From Nemertoderma westbladi (lineage: Eukaryota; Animalia; Xenacoelomorpha): a stretch of DNA of 44,834 bases. The DNA lies in assembly GCA_032718475.1 (NCBI GenBank), contig JAUCBJ010007788.1:1-44834 (forward strand), written 5' to 3'. A program made the position numbers and the translations under genes. The stretch's first letter is position 1. The number at the start of each line of letters is the position of its first letter. Below, in pieces: positions 34,836 through 44,834 of the stretch. The notes beneath the pieces were generated by a model, which had not been told where the DNA came from, did no database searches, and was given only the letters and a program-made list of their open reading frames with translations.

Positions 34836-35264
34836 GAGATATGAGGTATTAATTTCAAGAAAAATTACGCGATTCCTAAATTTGTACACTACCCGGTTAT
34901 AAAGTACGCATGTGATCCAATAAAAGATAATGTTATTTTCGGTAAAATAAACTTATCATTCGAGGTTAAGATCCCTTCCTATAATAAATGTATAATAACC
35001 AAACACCTCGAAAAATACAGCTTGCCAACACATTGTTACTATCAATATTCCTAAAAGTACCTATTACAAAAAGGGGCTATTGGTCTGTAAATGACAAAAG
35101 ACAGTGCAGCAGGGATGCAGTTGGATAATGACTAAAAGTCAGTAGGTGTCTGACAGGATAGCTTTTGAGTAACTACTGCTGTAATGATAGATAAAGTCTA
35201 CATTATATGTCCCTCCCTATCTGCTTAAACGGTTAAATGAAATAAAAGTACTTGTACTGTTAGT

Positions 35265-35503
35265 AAAAAAAAAAAGAAAAAAAATTCTTCGGCCACTAGG
35301 CAAGGGATTACGCACAAAGTCTGACGACTTATTTCCAGTGCGGTCCCCCCAGAAATTTACTCCCCAGAGGAAACTCCAGTACTCATTTAGCTACCACTTA
35401 TGGATGCAAGACAGAGATGCGCCCTGGCTGGTCCCTTTAAAGCATTCGTGCCGAAACGAAAACTGCCCTGGCCCATGTGAGGATCGAACCCACGACCTAC
35501 GGG
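35265..35503 (-). mobile_element. tRNA-derived SINE (second family)
   Basis: Minus-strand B box ggttcgatcc, body shared with 2622-2783, T-rich tail. Confidence 0.8.
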
Positions 35504-35671
35504 AGATATGAATTCAATTCAACTACTACACCAAAGTGGAAGAACCCTAGGTCAACAGTACTGCTGCAGTGTGCACTCAGCAGTGCTGTATGGTTTGATA
35601 CAGCGTAAGTGTAGGCCTACAGTATGGGTACCTGTCTTCTGGTTCAAAATTCCCTCCAATAACATATATTA

Positions 35672-35930
35672 ATTAATTATGAGTATTTTTTTAGATAACG
35701 AAAAAAAGAAATACTCCAAATTATTTGTCAGAATAATTAGGTGTATTTTTTTGAAGAAAAAAAAAAGTACAGCTAAATATTTGTGTAAATAATTAGGGTA
35801 TTTTTTTTTAGATAAAGAAAAAAGAAATACTACAAATTATTTGTCTGAATAATTAGGTGTATTTTTTTTGAAGAAAAAAAAGTACAGCTAAATATTTGTC
35901 TAAATAATTAAGTGTACTTTTTTTTAGAAA
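35672..35930. repeat. AT-rich tandem repeat (~117-bp dimeric unit, ~2.3 copies)
   Basis: aataattaggtgtattttttt...gaagaaaaaaaagtacagctaaatatttgt repeated. Confidence 0.8.
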
Positions 35931-36449
35931 AAAAATAAGAATTCAAATGTGGCCGCAATCAGCCACGGTACATGAGGGCCTGCTTAGTAAGCTACTACTA
36001 TTGATTGAATAGATAGGCCCAAACTGCAAAGAAGTATGTTCCTTGCCAATTTTATTTCTATCCCAGACAGTAAGCAAATATCAACTGATAGTTTGCAATG
36101 TATTATTACCCGTCAGCTGAATAGCTCTTCCCAGTGAATCCCACAGGAATATCAATATCCATAACCATAATGTTACTCACTGCTGTGTTAGGTAGGAGGC
36201 GAGCTGATTGAATATTAAGCACTGGGCCGTTCAAATGTTTTATAGGTTAATAATAATGACATGTAGGGGCTGGTATTAGTTTCTCTCAGACTGTTGTGTT
36301 GTGTTGACTGGAGTTGTGTTCCGATTATTTATCTTCTATCTTTTTGTGAAATATCAGTCGCAATACGACTGATATTAAGGTATTTTGTATTTTCTCCAAT
36401 TTATATAGTATTTTTTTGTAACTATGCCTATCATGGAATTATGTACATA

Positions 36450-37330
36450 GTGTACTACAGTAATTGTGATAGGGTAGTAAGTACTAGGGTTTTATACAGC
36501 GGTGGTTCTTGGTAATTGGCCTTTTATTTGTCGGATTACTGATGTATCAGCTGACATTTTATGTGCTGTTTCATGTATTTGAGTTTTCCATGACTATGAC
36601 AGCTTATTATCTATAGTTATGCTTAAATATTTGATTTCTGTTGATTGTGTAATTATTTTATTATGCAGTAATGAGTTATTATGCAGTTATAATTGTTAAT
36701 ATCAGTGGTTCTTTGGGGTGATAATAATATAAGTTCTAATAAATATAAGGTCTTTTGTCTAAATAATCTAAGTTTTTTTTATGTATTAAGTTGCATGCAT
36801 AATGTCCCAAATAGCTTCCTAATGTTAATTATTTGATCATTTAGTATTTTTATAGCAATTGCTGGATTTTTATCTGAACAGTATTTGAAGTGTATCATCT
36901 GCATATTGTAAGGTTTCTAAGTTGAGTTTGTCTGCAATATCATGAACATAAATTGGAAAGAATAACGGTCCCTGTTTTGTTCCCATGGTATATCCCTGTT
37001 GCCCATTTTCATATTATTGTTTGTAACTTTATGGCTAGAGATCGATCACTTAAGTAACTTTTAATTAGGATTGTTGCATTTGATTTGAATCCTATTTCTT
37101 GCAGCTTTTTTTAAAAGTATTGTGTTCAAGAGAGTTGAATTCCTTAGAGAGGTCAAGGACTCCAACAGCAATATAATTATTATTGTCTAATTCGTGCCCC
37201 CATGATTCAATTGCATACATAACTGCATCTTAACACTTTGAATGGTTCTGTGTCTCCATCAACAGTAGAGATAAATGTTGTCAAACCATCATATACTGAT
37301 CTGATTGCTGCAATAATTTAATCAGGATTC
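36450..37330 (-). mobile_element. Decayed CR1/L2-group LINE reverse transcriptase fragment
   Basis: Minus-strand LQYADDT (~36890-36911) and GVLDLSK.F (~37140-37165), with many stops. Boundaries are approximate. Confidence 0.7.
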
Positions 37331-37339
37331 CCATATAAT

Positions 37340-37612
37340 GAAAGTATGCTGAACGTATGTGAGCGAGAGACTGAATCAAAGGCCTTGAAGAAGTCAACAA
37401 AGATAACAGCCAGATATGCCTGTCTTTCTTTTTTGATAACTCTTCAATTACCCTTCGTCAAAATGTGTCAAAATCGGTTCCATGGACCCACACCCTTTAC
37501 AGAACCCATTTTGATGTCCACAGAGCAGTCTCTCAATGGGATCCCTGATGCCATTTAATATAATTTTATTGTATAGCTTTGCAGCAATCGCGATTAATGA
37601 GATTCCCCCACA
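37340..37612 (-). mobile_element. RTE-type LINE RT fragment
   Basis: GISLIAIAAKLYNKIIL...HQNGF and, in another frame, AVIFVDFFKAFDSVSR. Confidence 0.8.
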
Positions 37613-37961
37613 AACGAACCATATTGCCATTAAACCCATTTATTTTATGCCATGTTATGAAATGTAATTTCATTTATGATTTATTTTACAACATTGTTTT
37701 AGGATTATCTATATGTATACTCTCTATTTTTATTGTTATTCATTTAATTTTATTGACTAAAAGGAAAATATTAAATTATAGAACTCAATAGTTGGGAACC
37801 CACGTTTAATTTGCATTATTCTATTGCTGAAGTGTTTGACCATAAATAAATTAATACTTGCTCCAATGGTATACCATTGATTATGACAGCTGCAGGAGTA
37901 AGTACTGTCTGTACCTGTTCGTTTGTGTAGGCCAACCTATCGGTGACTATTTGTTGCCATC

Positions 37962-40900
37962 GGGTGCTGCTAAATTCACTCCACAGACTCGACATAAGCT
38001 GAGGGTAAGGTAGAAAGCAGTAACAGCCAATACAATTACAGGAGGCGCTTAGTTGCTAAGATGCACTGTCAAGACAACAGTATAAATAATAACATAAACA
38101 GCTGGGATTAAATAGGCTTGCAGTTACACATCACAGACTGATTGCTTACTTACAGACTGTCTTCTGATAAAGTATTATATTTAGTTATATAGTCATAGTC
38201 TTACGGCATAGTCGGCGTCAATAATTATTGAAATCTGTCGTATTAAAATTTACTTTACGCAGAATATTATGGTTAGAATTTCCATTTCAATGCAGCTATT
38301 TCTAACCAACCTGCCGTATATGTAACGCTGTCGGTATTTTCTCAAAAGCTTGGTATGAACTACTGTATATATTGTACAGTATATGTCCATCTGCCATAAA
38401 TCAGCAGTTCCACGCGCAGTTTCGAGAATTTACATAGTTATAAAGGTCGTAAGTGTAAGTTTGTGAAAAATAGTCTCAGTCAAAACAGGACGAGCGCAAC
38501 GAGGCTTTTAATGAAGACGAGTACTGCGTTTACTATATATAACCCTAAACCGCCTGATATACAGTAGCATATTGAAAGAGTTATCATTTTGTTCAAAACT
38601 GGGAGTGGAATGTTGTAAGCTATATATTTTGATGACAAGATGTACAGGAAGAGCGCAAGGAGTGTTTTAATGAATACGAAAAGTGCGTTGAATATACTCA
38701 TAAACCAGCTGGTTTAGCACTCTGAAGGATAATATATGAATTTGTTCAGAACAGGTGGAATGTTGTAAGATGTATAATTGGTGATCAGATATACAGAACG
38801 AGAGCAATTATGCTTTTTAACCCTTTCGTGCGGGCATATTTTATATATTTGATTATATTTTATAATTAGACCACCCACCCCCCCCCCCTCATTTAGCGTA
38901 CAGTATAATTTATGATGGAACCATATCCCAAAGAGGCAACGTATGTCCCTAAACTAGTATGGTTACGACATAACAGACGACGAGGCCAGTGATTCCCATG
39001 AATCCGAATATTCCGAATCCTCGGATGTGTCAAGTAGTAGTGATAATCTCCCGAAACGGCTTTCACTTCAACATTTGATAGAATAGATACCCGTAACATG
39101 TAAACAAACAACAACGTCCATCCCTGCGCTGTGTTTGATGTCGGGAGAACGTAGCGAGTGGTGTTCGTCCAAGGGATACCAGATACAGATATAGTGTACA
39201 GTATGTCCCCCAAAGCAAGCCCTACATTTTGGAGAACAGCTTTGCATTTGAGGCATATCATAATGTAGGCCCTAGCCTACACTCTACAGTATCTTAGACT
39301 TCAGTCATTCCTCCTCTAGGAACCACTCCCGTCCACTCACGGACCCAACGCAGGCACAAAGACAACGGCTCTTCGCCGTCCCCGTCGACCAGGAGAAGGG
39401 CAACAGGCACGTACATGACGTTGCCCTTCACAACCAGCAAATTCAGCGTCAGGTTGAACCTGGTTGTCTTGTACGTCCCGTCAAGCAGTACGCACATGTC
39501 GCCGTAGCGATGCAACAACTGGACTCCCTGACGCGGAACTACTGCCATGGCGAGATGCTGGCCATCCGCCGGGTACCGGACCTGCACGAAGCAGCCCCGA
39601 TTCCGGTAGTGGTCCACCAAACTCGCCAACTGGGCGACATCATGAGCCTCCGTACTCGGGGTCCCGACGTCTCGCCGATGCCTTTGGACCATGTTGCTGA
39701 GGTCCTTTTGTGTCATGAAGTACATGTAAAAGCATAATATAAAGTAAATTTTACAGACTGAAAAATTAACCAATTTATTAATTAAGCAATTAAAGGACAT
39801 TACACATTATATATATATAACTATAACTAATAAACCATAAAAAATAATATGAAAAACTATAAAATTAAATAATAGCTAAAAGGTATGTCAATTTAATAAC
39901 GTAAATAAATTTTTGTGATCAGCGTAATCAGCTCTGTCTAAATTACTATAGTGTATTTTTATCGTCTCAACTCTCTATCACTACCTGTATACAAATTATC
40001 ATTTGTTTGACTACCAAATAACGTTGGTAAAACTAAATATAAAAAAAATATATAGAGGTATACTTCAAACAATAACGATAGGCCTGCCACCAACAATACC
40101 AACCGCCTAGAGCTCAAGTCCGGCATCTCTGCAAGACGCGTGTCCGACACCATTCCCTCCACGAAGACCTCGTTGGCTCGGCGTAGTGCGGGAATGGAGT
40201 AAAACCCAGCAGCAACTTGCGACTTCATGTAGGCCATGACATCATCCGTAGTCCGCTGGAATGGACGGGCCGCATCACCGACTAAGTGGGCGGCGTGGGA
40301 ATGTACGTCGGGGACCATAACCCAGTAGACTGTTAGGCCCCCAACATCGCCATAGTGGCACTCCCCGGTGGCAGAACCAAGACGAAGGACCTCCTTGACG
40401 TCACTGGCAGCCTTCCTCTTCATTCTGCTGGTGGGGTTGCCACCAACAGCAAAGTCGGGGAACGCAACAACTTTCTTGATTGCAATCTCCGACTTACATT
40501 CCCCCTTCATCGTATTATTCCTGACGCCGGCCTAAGGAATGCAATGCAAACATAATGAAATAAAACTAAGTTGACTCAATAATAAAGATAAAATTACTAT
40601 CTATTATATCAAAAAAGAATAAACAATGCATTGCGTGAGTCGAGCAAGCTATATTATTATAAATTATTAAAATTTGAGAATAATATTCAAGGATGTGTTT
40701 AAATCAATCACAGTGAGCAGTATTCATTGAGGTTTGTATAGCAAACCACTCTGTACCGTACACGTGTATCGTGTCCGTGTATCTGGTACATGTATTGTAT
40801 ATCACCTAATCACCATAAATATATGTGTCATAGGCCTACAAAGTAAGATTTAGTAGAAATATTTTACCGGTACTAATAAATAGTACTACTAATAGTTCGT

Positions 40901-41938
40901 AGAGCTGTAGAACTCTAGAACAAAGAACACTATATAATAATAAAGTTCACATACATTTCCGTGGTAGTCCTTTGCAAATATGCAAAACCGTCGTTGGCGA
41001 GCCACACTGACGAACGGTATGCCGACGTCAGGAACTCCGCCGATTCCATGTGTCATCCAGTGCGTGTATGGCGCACCGACAAACACACCCGGATCCGGGT
41101 CCCAGAATTGGGATAACGGGACCGACGTGGTACGCACGGTGTACTGGAAGCCACCAGCTTCCTCAAACGCCGAAATTACGGCCTCAACATGGTCCTTGGA
41201 GGCGCAAGGGCGACCCGATCCAGACATAATTAATAATTAATTAATTAATAATATACTGAAATATTACGAGTAGGGCCTACAGCTGTACAGGAATTAGCAG
41301 TATAGACGAATTAGAATATAGAAGAATTAGCAAATGAGTTAGGCCCCTAAATATTGCTAATGTCTGAATGTCAGAATACATGAACAACAGAATAGGCATA
41401 TCAGCTCAGCATATGGGCTAAAAGAGGAGTCAACGGCAGAATGGTTACATGTAATTAAAAGACTAAAAAAACGACTACCGGCTAACCGGTAGCGCGGTAG
41501 GCTATAAATCTGAAATAAATTGATGACTGACTACCGGCAGACCGGTACTGCAGTACTGCGGTAGGCCTACCAGTTCCGGTACGATCTATATCAGTATATC
41601 TATCTGCTGATCTGATACGCAAGTTCCGTTCGGATGGTGGCTGCAGCACCCTGGCACCCGTACATGCAGGCTAAGCATCGCGCTCGCATCTGCAAATATA
41701 CCTGTATACTAGCAGACTCACTTACTTCATGTTGTAGGCCTAATTCAGTACGGTAATTGGTAATTGTGTAATCAAATCAAACCTACCGGTAGTACTACAT
41801 ACTACTGCTGTCGAATGAACAAAGAATCAGCTGATTTATGTTAAGTAGGCGGAGCTAGTTTACATGGCAACATCCAATGGATGAAGCCCTAGTGCCTATT
41901 GAAGATGTCAAGTCTGTGGAGCGAATTTAGCATCTACC
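37962..41938 (-). mobile_element. MULE/Mutator DNA transposon (3977 bp), probably defective
   Basis: ~35-bp imperfect TIRs (gggtgctgctaaattcactccacagactcgacat / atgtcaagtctgtggagcgaatttagcatctacc). 9-bp TSD gttgccatc at 37953-37961 and 41939-41947. The empty site is visible at ~1818-1832. Confidence 0.92.
39294..41227 (-). pseudogene. Spliced MULE transposase with CaRF-like N-terminal region, C-terminally incomplete
   Basis: GC-rich exons 41227-40955, 40531-40104 and ~39723-39300. The exon 1-2 join is GT-AG and in frame. MULE motif LLDGTYKTTRFNLTLNLLVVK; the second catalytic position reads MTE, followed by a stop. Confidence 0.8.
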
Positions 41939-42967
41939 GTTGCCATCGGTAGGACCCTAACAAATTACAATTACCACAATGGTATTGGATTGGCTGGCTA
42001 CTGTTTTTATAATGCAACTCATCAGAATGCTGAATCAACCATATAATTGCTGCAATATGGAATAATTTTACATTCAAAGAATTAGTTATACTCCACTGTT
42101 TTTCTTTTCATTTATATTCCAGGTTTAACAGTACCTGTAAACTTGTAATTATAATTATCAGTATTCCTACTATTATTGAATGTTGAAGGAATATATTCTC
42201 AATGTTGAGTATGTATTGTATATATACTAAATATCATTTTTACGAATTGACAATTTCCGTTTGAAATAATAATATCTATCTAAAAATAACAATAAATCGC
42301 GGATGAGTCGACTGAGTTAAAATTTCTCATTGTCTATTATAAACTTAGTGATAGAAAGACATTCTGTAACTACTTTAGTGATTAATAGTAACAATAGTGA
42401 GCGAAAGTGCAACTTTTTCCCTGTATTCCTGAGGAAAAGTGAATTTTTCAGATAAAGTAATGTTCTTCGATACGAAAAATGTTGAGGAAAGAAACACTTT
42501 TTGTCTCTTTTTAATTGACTATTTCAATCGAGTGCAAAACTCAATACACGAGGACAGAATGTCTTAAATTCGGTGAACTGAAATTAGTGACAAAGAATTC
42601 TTTCTGACATGTTTATTTAATAGTAACTGTATCTACAGTATATTGGTGTGTGATAATTAGAGAAGTTCTAGAGATATCGATTTAAAGTGGGTTTAACCTC
42701 GCGAATTAGAAGGTTAGAATCTTTGGTTAGAGAGTCGAATTGGGTGTTAGAAGAAGAAAGTATAGAAAGTGTTTAGTATCAGTTGGGTGGTCCTCGGTAA
42801 GTGAATGTTCTAGAACGGCTGAGTAATTAACTAGTTTTATTCCAAAATTGTAACATTATTCAGTGCCGTTAGTATTAACAGCGAGTTGTTATTTAGCACC
42901 ACCTTACAAATTTAGAGGTCATTGCAGTATTTGGCCTGTACATTTAGTATTGGTGTTGTAATGTCCC

Positions 42968-43026
42968 TTGTTTATGTGGTAACCAATGATGTATAGTTAT
43001 GGCGTCATTGGTTACCACATAAACAA
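42968..43026. repeat. Perfect 22-bp inverted repeat hairpin
   Basis: ttgtttatgtggtaaccaatga ... tcattggttaccacataaacaa with a 15-nt spacer that can pair further. Confidence 0.9.
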
Positions 43027-44380
43027 TAGGTGGTATTTATTAATAATTGCCTGACAGCCAGATAAGATAGACCTACTACATTACCTACCGGTAGATATTA
43101 AAAACCAGTAGTTATAAACTATTAACATGGCTCCAAACGCCACCATAAAAATAAGCTAACTTTTTTATAACATAATTTATGTTATTTTTACATTTATTTA
43201 TACAGCAACTAATTTAATTTGTGCAGTTTCTATCACTTTATAATATATACAATCATTTCGTAATGTTAAAATTTTGGAATAAAAATACATAAATACTTGT
43301 TGCAAAGTACTTTACAGTGTTCTGATCCTCGTGGCTTTATTTTCACTCACTCACTACGTTCGTTCGTGTAACAAAGCACTCGGATCATCACAGTGTAAAG
43401 TGCTACTTTACACAAAAGTATGTAAATAGATATTACACGTTTGTCAGTTAGATGAAATGTTGCCGTATGTTCACCTATGCGGGCACAAAATTGTCAGGTA
43501 GTTTCACCAACATAGGAAGCAGGGCAATAATCTCTAATCAAAGAAGCCCTACTAATTCGCGAGTAATATACACCTAACTCAAGATTCATATAATAACCGC
43601 TAGAGGGATATACGAATATAAAATGTGTTTGTAAAGTTAGGACTTTAAGTTAAAGGTAATCTTGAGTGCACTTTGTGTTGTAATATGTACTGTATACACC
43701 ATATAAATGATATCACATTATTTAAGGTGAATGAATGTTTTCAGAACGATGCCTAATATATGAAATGATAACATCAAATTTATCTTTATGTTTCACAATT
43801 GAAACTTCACAACATTTTAAAAGAAGTCAGAAACAGTTTATGAATGTAAAGTTACTTCCTTAAATGCAGAAATGTTTCGTTTCATTTAGTTTTATTTAGC
43901 CTTTTTTTATGTTCATAAAATATTTTAAACTATTTAAAAAAAATTAAAAAGGATCATTCTGAATCTTAAAAGAAGAGGATTTTGAATCTTAAAACGCATA
44001 ATGCTAGCAAAAAAAATCAAATTTTGTCACAATGGGGTTCACGACTCAAATTCAAAACCAGATTAATTAGATGCAATAATATCACAGAACACATAATGGC
44101 GTTTACAGAATTCAATAAGATGCTAAAATAGCCGAGTTTAAATATTGGTATTTTCAGTTTAAAAATTATTCAAAATTTAAAAACTATCTGTGATTGGTCA
44201 TGACGCCACTGTACGCCTCGGAATACCATTGATATCAACATTCAGATACCTAATACTATCTTTGTATAAATTAGGCAGTTCGTTAGGCAGGGACTTCTAC
44301 ATTAGTACTGTAGTACAGTGCAGCAGTCACCGCCTGGGGTACAAGCAGCACTCCAGCACTGTATACCTGCTTATTTATAA

Positions 44381-44783
44381 GGCGAACGGAGAGTACTCAG
44401 GACAACAGCAACAGCAAGGCGAACGGAGAGTACCCAGGACAACAGTAAGGAGGAACGAATACGGCGAATGGAGAGTACCCGGGACAACGGCAAGGAGGAG
44501 CGAATACAGCGAATGGAGAGTACCCGGGACAATGGCAAGGAGGAGCGAATATGGCGAATGGAGAGTACCCGGGATGATGGCAAGGAGGAGCGAATATGGC
44601 GAACGGAGAGTACCCAGGATGATGGCAAGGAGGAGCGAATGCGGTAAACGGTGAGTACCTGGTACAACAGCAAGGAGGAGCGAATACGGCGAACTGAGAG
44701 TACCTGGGACAACAGCAAGGAGGAGTGAATATAGCGAACGGAGAGTACCCGGGACAATGGCAAGGAGGAGCGAATACTGCGAA
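44381..44783. repeat. 45-bp minisatellite, about 9 copies
   Basis: Unit ggcgaatggagagtacccgggacaacggcaaggaggagcgaatac gives a 15-aa periodicity in ORFs on both strands. Confidence 0.95.
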
Positions 44784-44834
44784 TACTTTACATATATACT
44801 TTAATTTGAAACTTTTCACACTTTCGTCTTTAGT

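Larger units (their letters stand above)
33855..35045. mobile_element. Multimeric, partly inverted tRNA-head/hammerhead retroelement (retrozyme/SINE-like)
   Basis: ~410-bp unit (33901 vs 34311): two minus-strand cores and one plus-strand core, with an inversion junction at ~34515. 12-bp TSD tattcctaaaag at 33843-33854 and 35046-35057. Confidence 0.85.
37637..42612 (+). repeat. Copy B of the duplicated upstream segment, split by the MULE insertion
   Basis: 37637-37961 and 41948-42612 rejoin to match 1434-2865. Confidence 0.9.

Noticed and set aside
34308-34889. Near-identical ORFs 34308-34577 and 34665-34889 as a gene pair
   Set aside because: They are antisense readings of the tRNA-hammerhead unit, start at GTG/TTG, and the frame is broken in copy 1.

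Overview
AT-rich, intron-containing eukaryotic DNA, most likely from an invertebrate animal, and dominated by transposable elements. One host gene is supported: a two-exon, 348-aa divergent Cys-loop ligand-gated ion channel of the anion-selective (PAR) type. Its exons are 4357-4826 and 17068-17644, and its 12.2-kb intron holds an antisense 1623-codon BEL/Pao Gag-protease ORF that lacks RT and integrase. Other elements are a Kolobok-type transposase running off the left edge, a complete IS3EU-type transposon carrying a degenerate HECT gene, and a spliced MULE transposon inserted in a duplicate of the channel's upstream region. There are also foldback MITEs, SINEs and RTE/CR1/CRE LINE fragments. 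The most notable structure is at 33855-35045: a partly inverted multimer of a ~410-bp unit, flanked by a 12-bp target-site duplication. In each unit a tRNA-like Pol III head ending in CCA runs directly into a minimal type I hammerhead ribozyme, suggesting a SINE/retrozyme-like element. All assignments come from reading motifs by eye; no database searches or folding programs were run.
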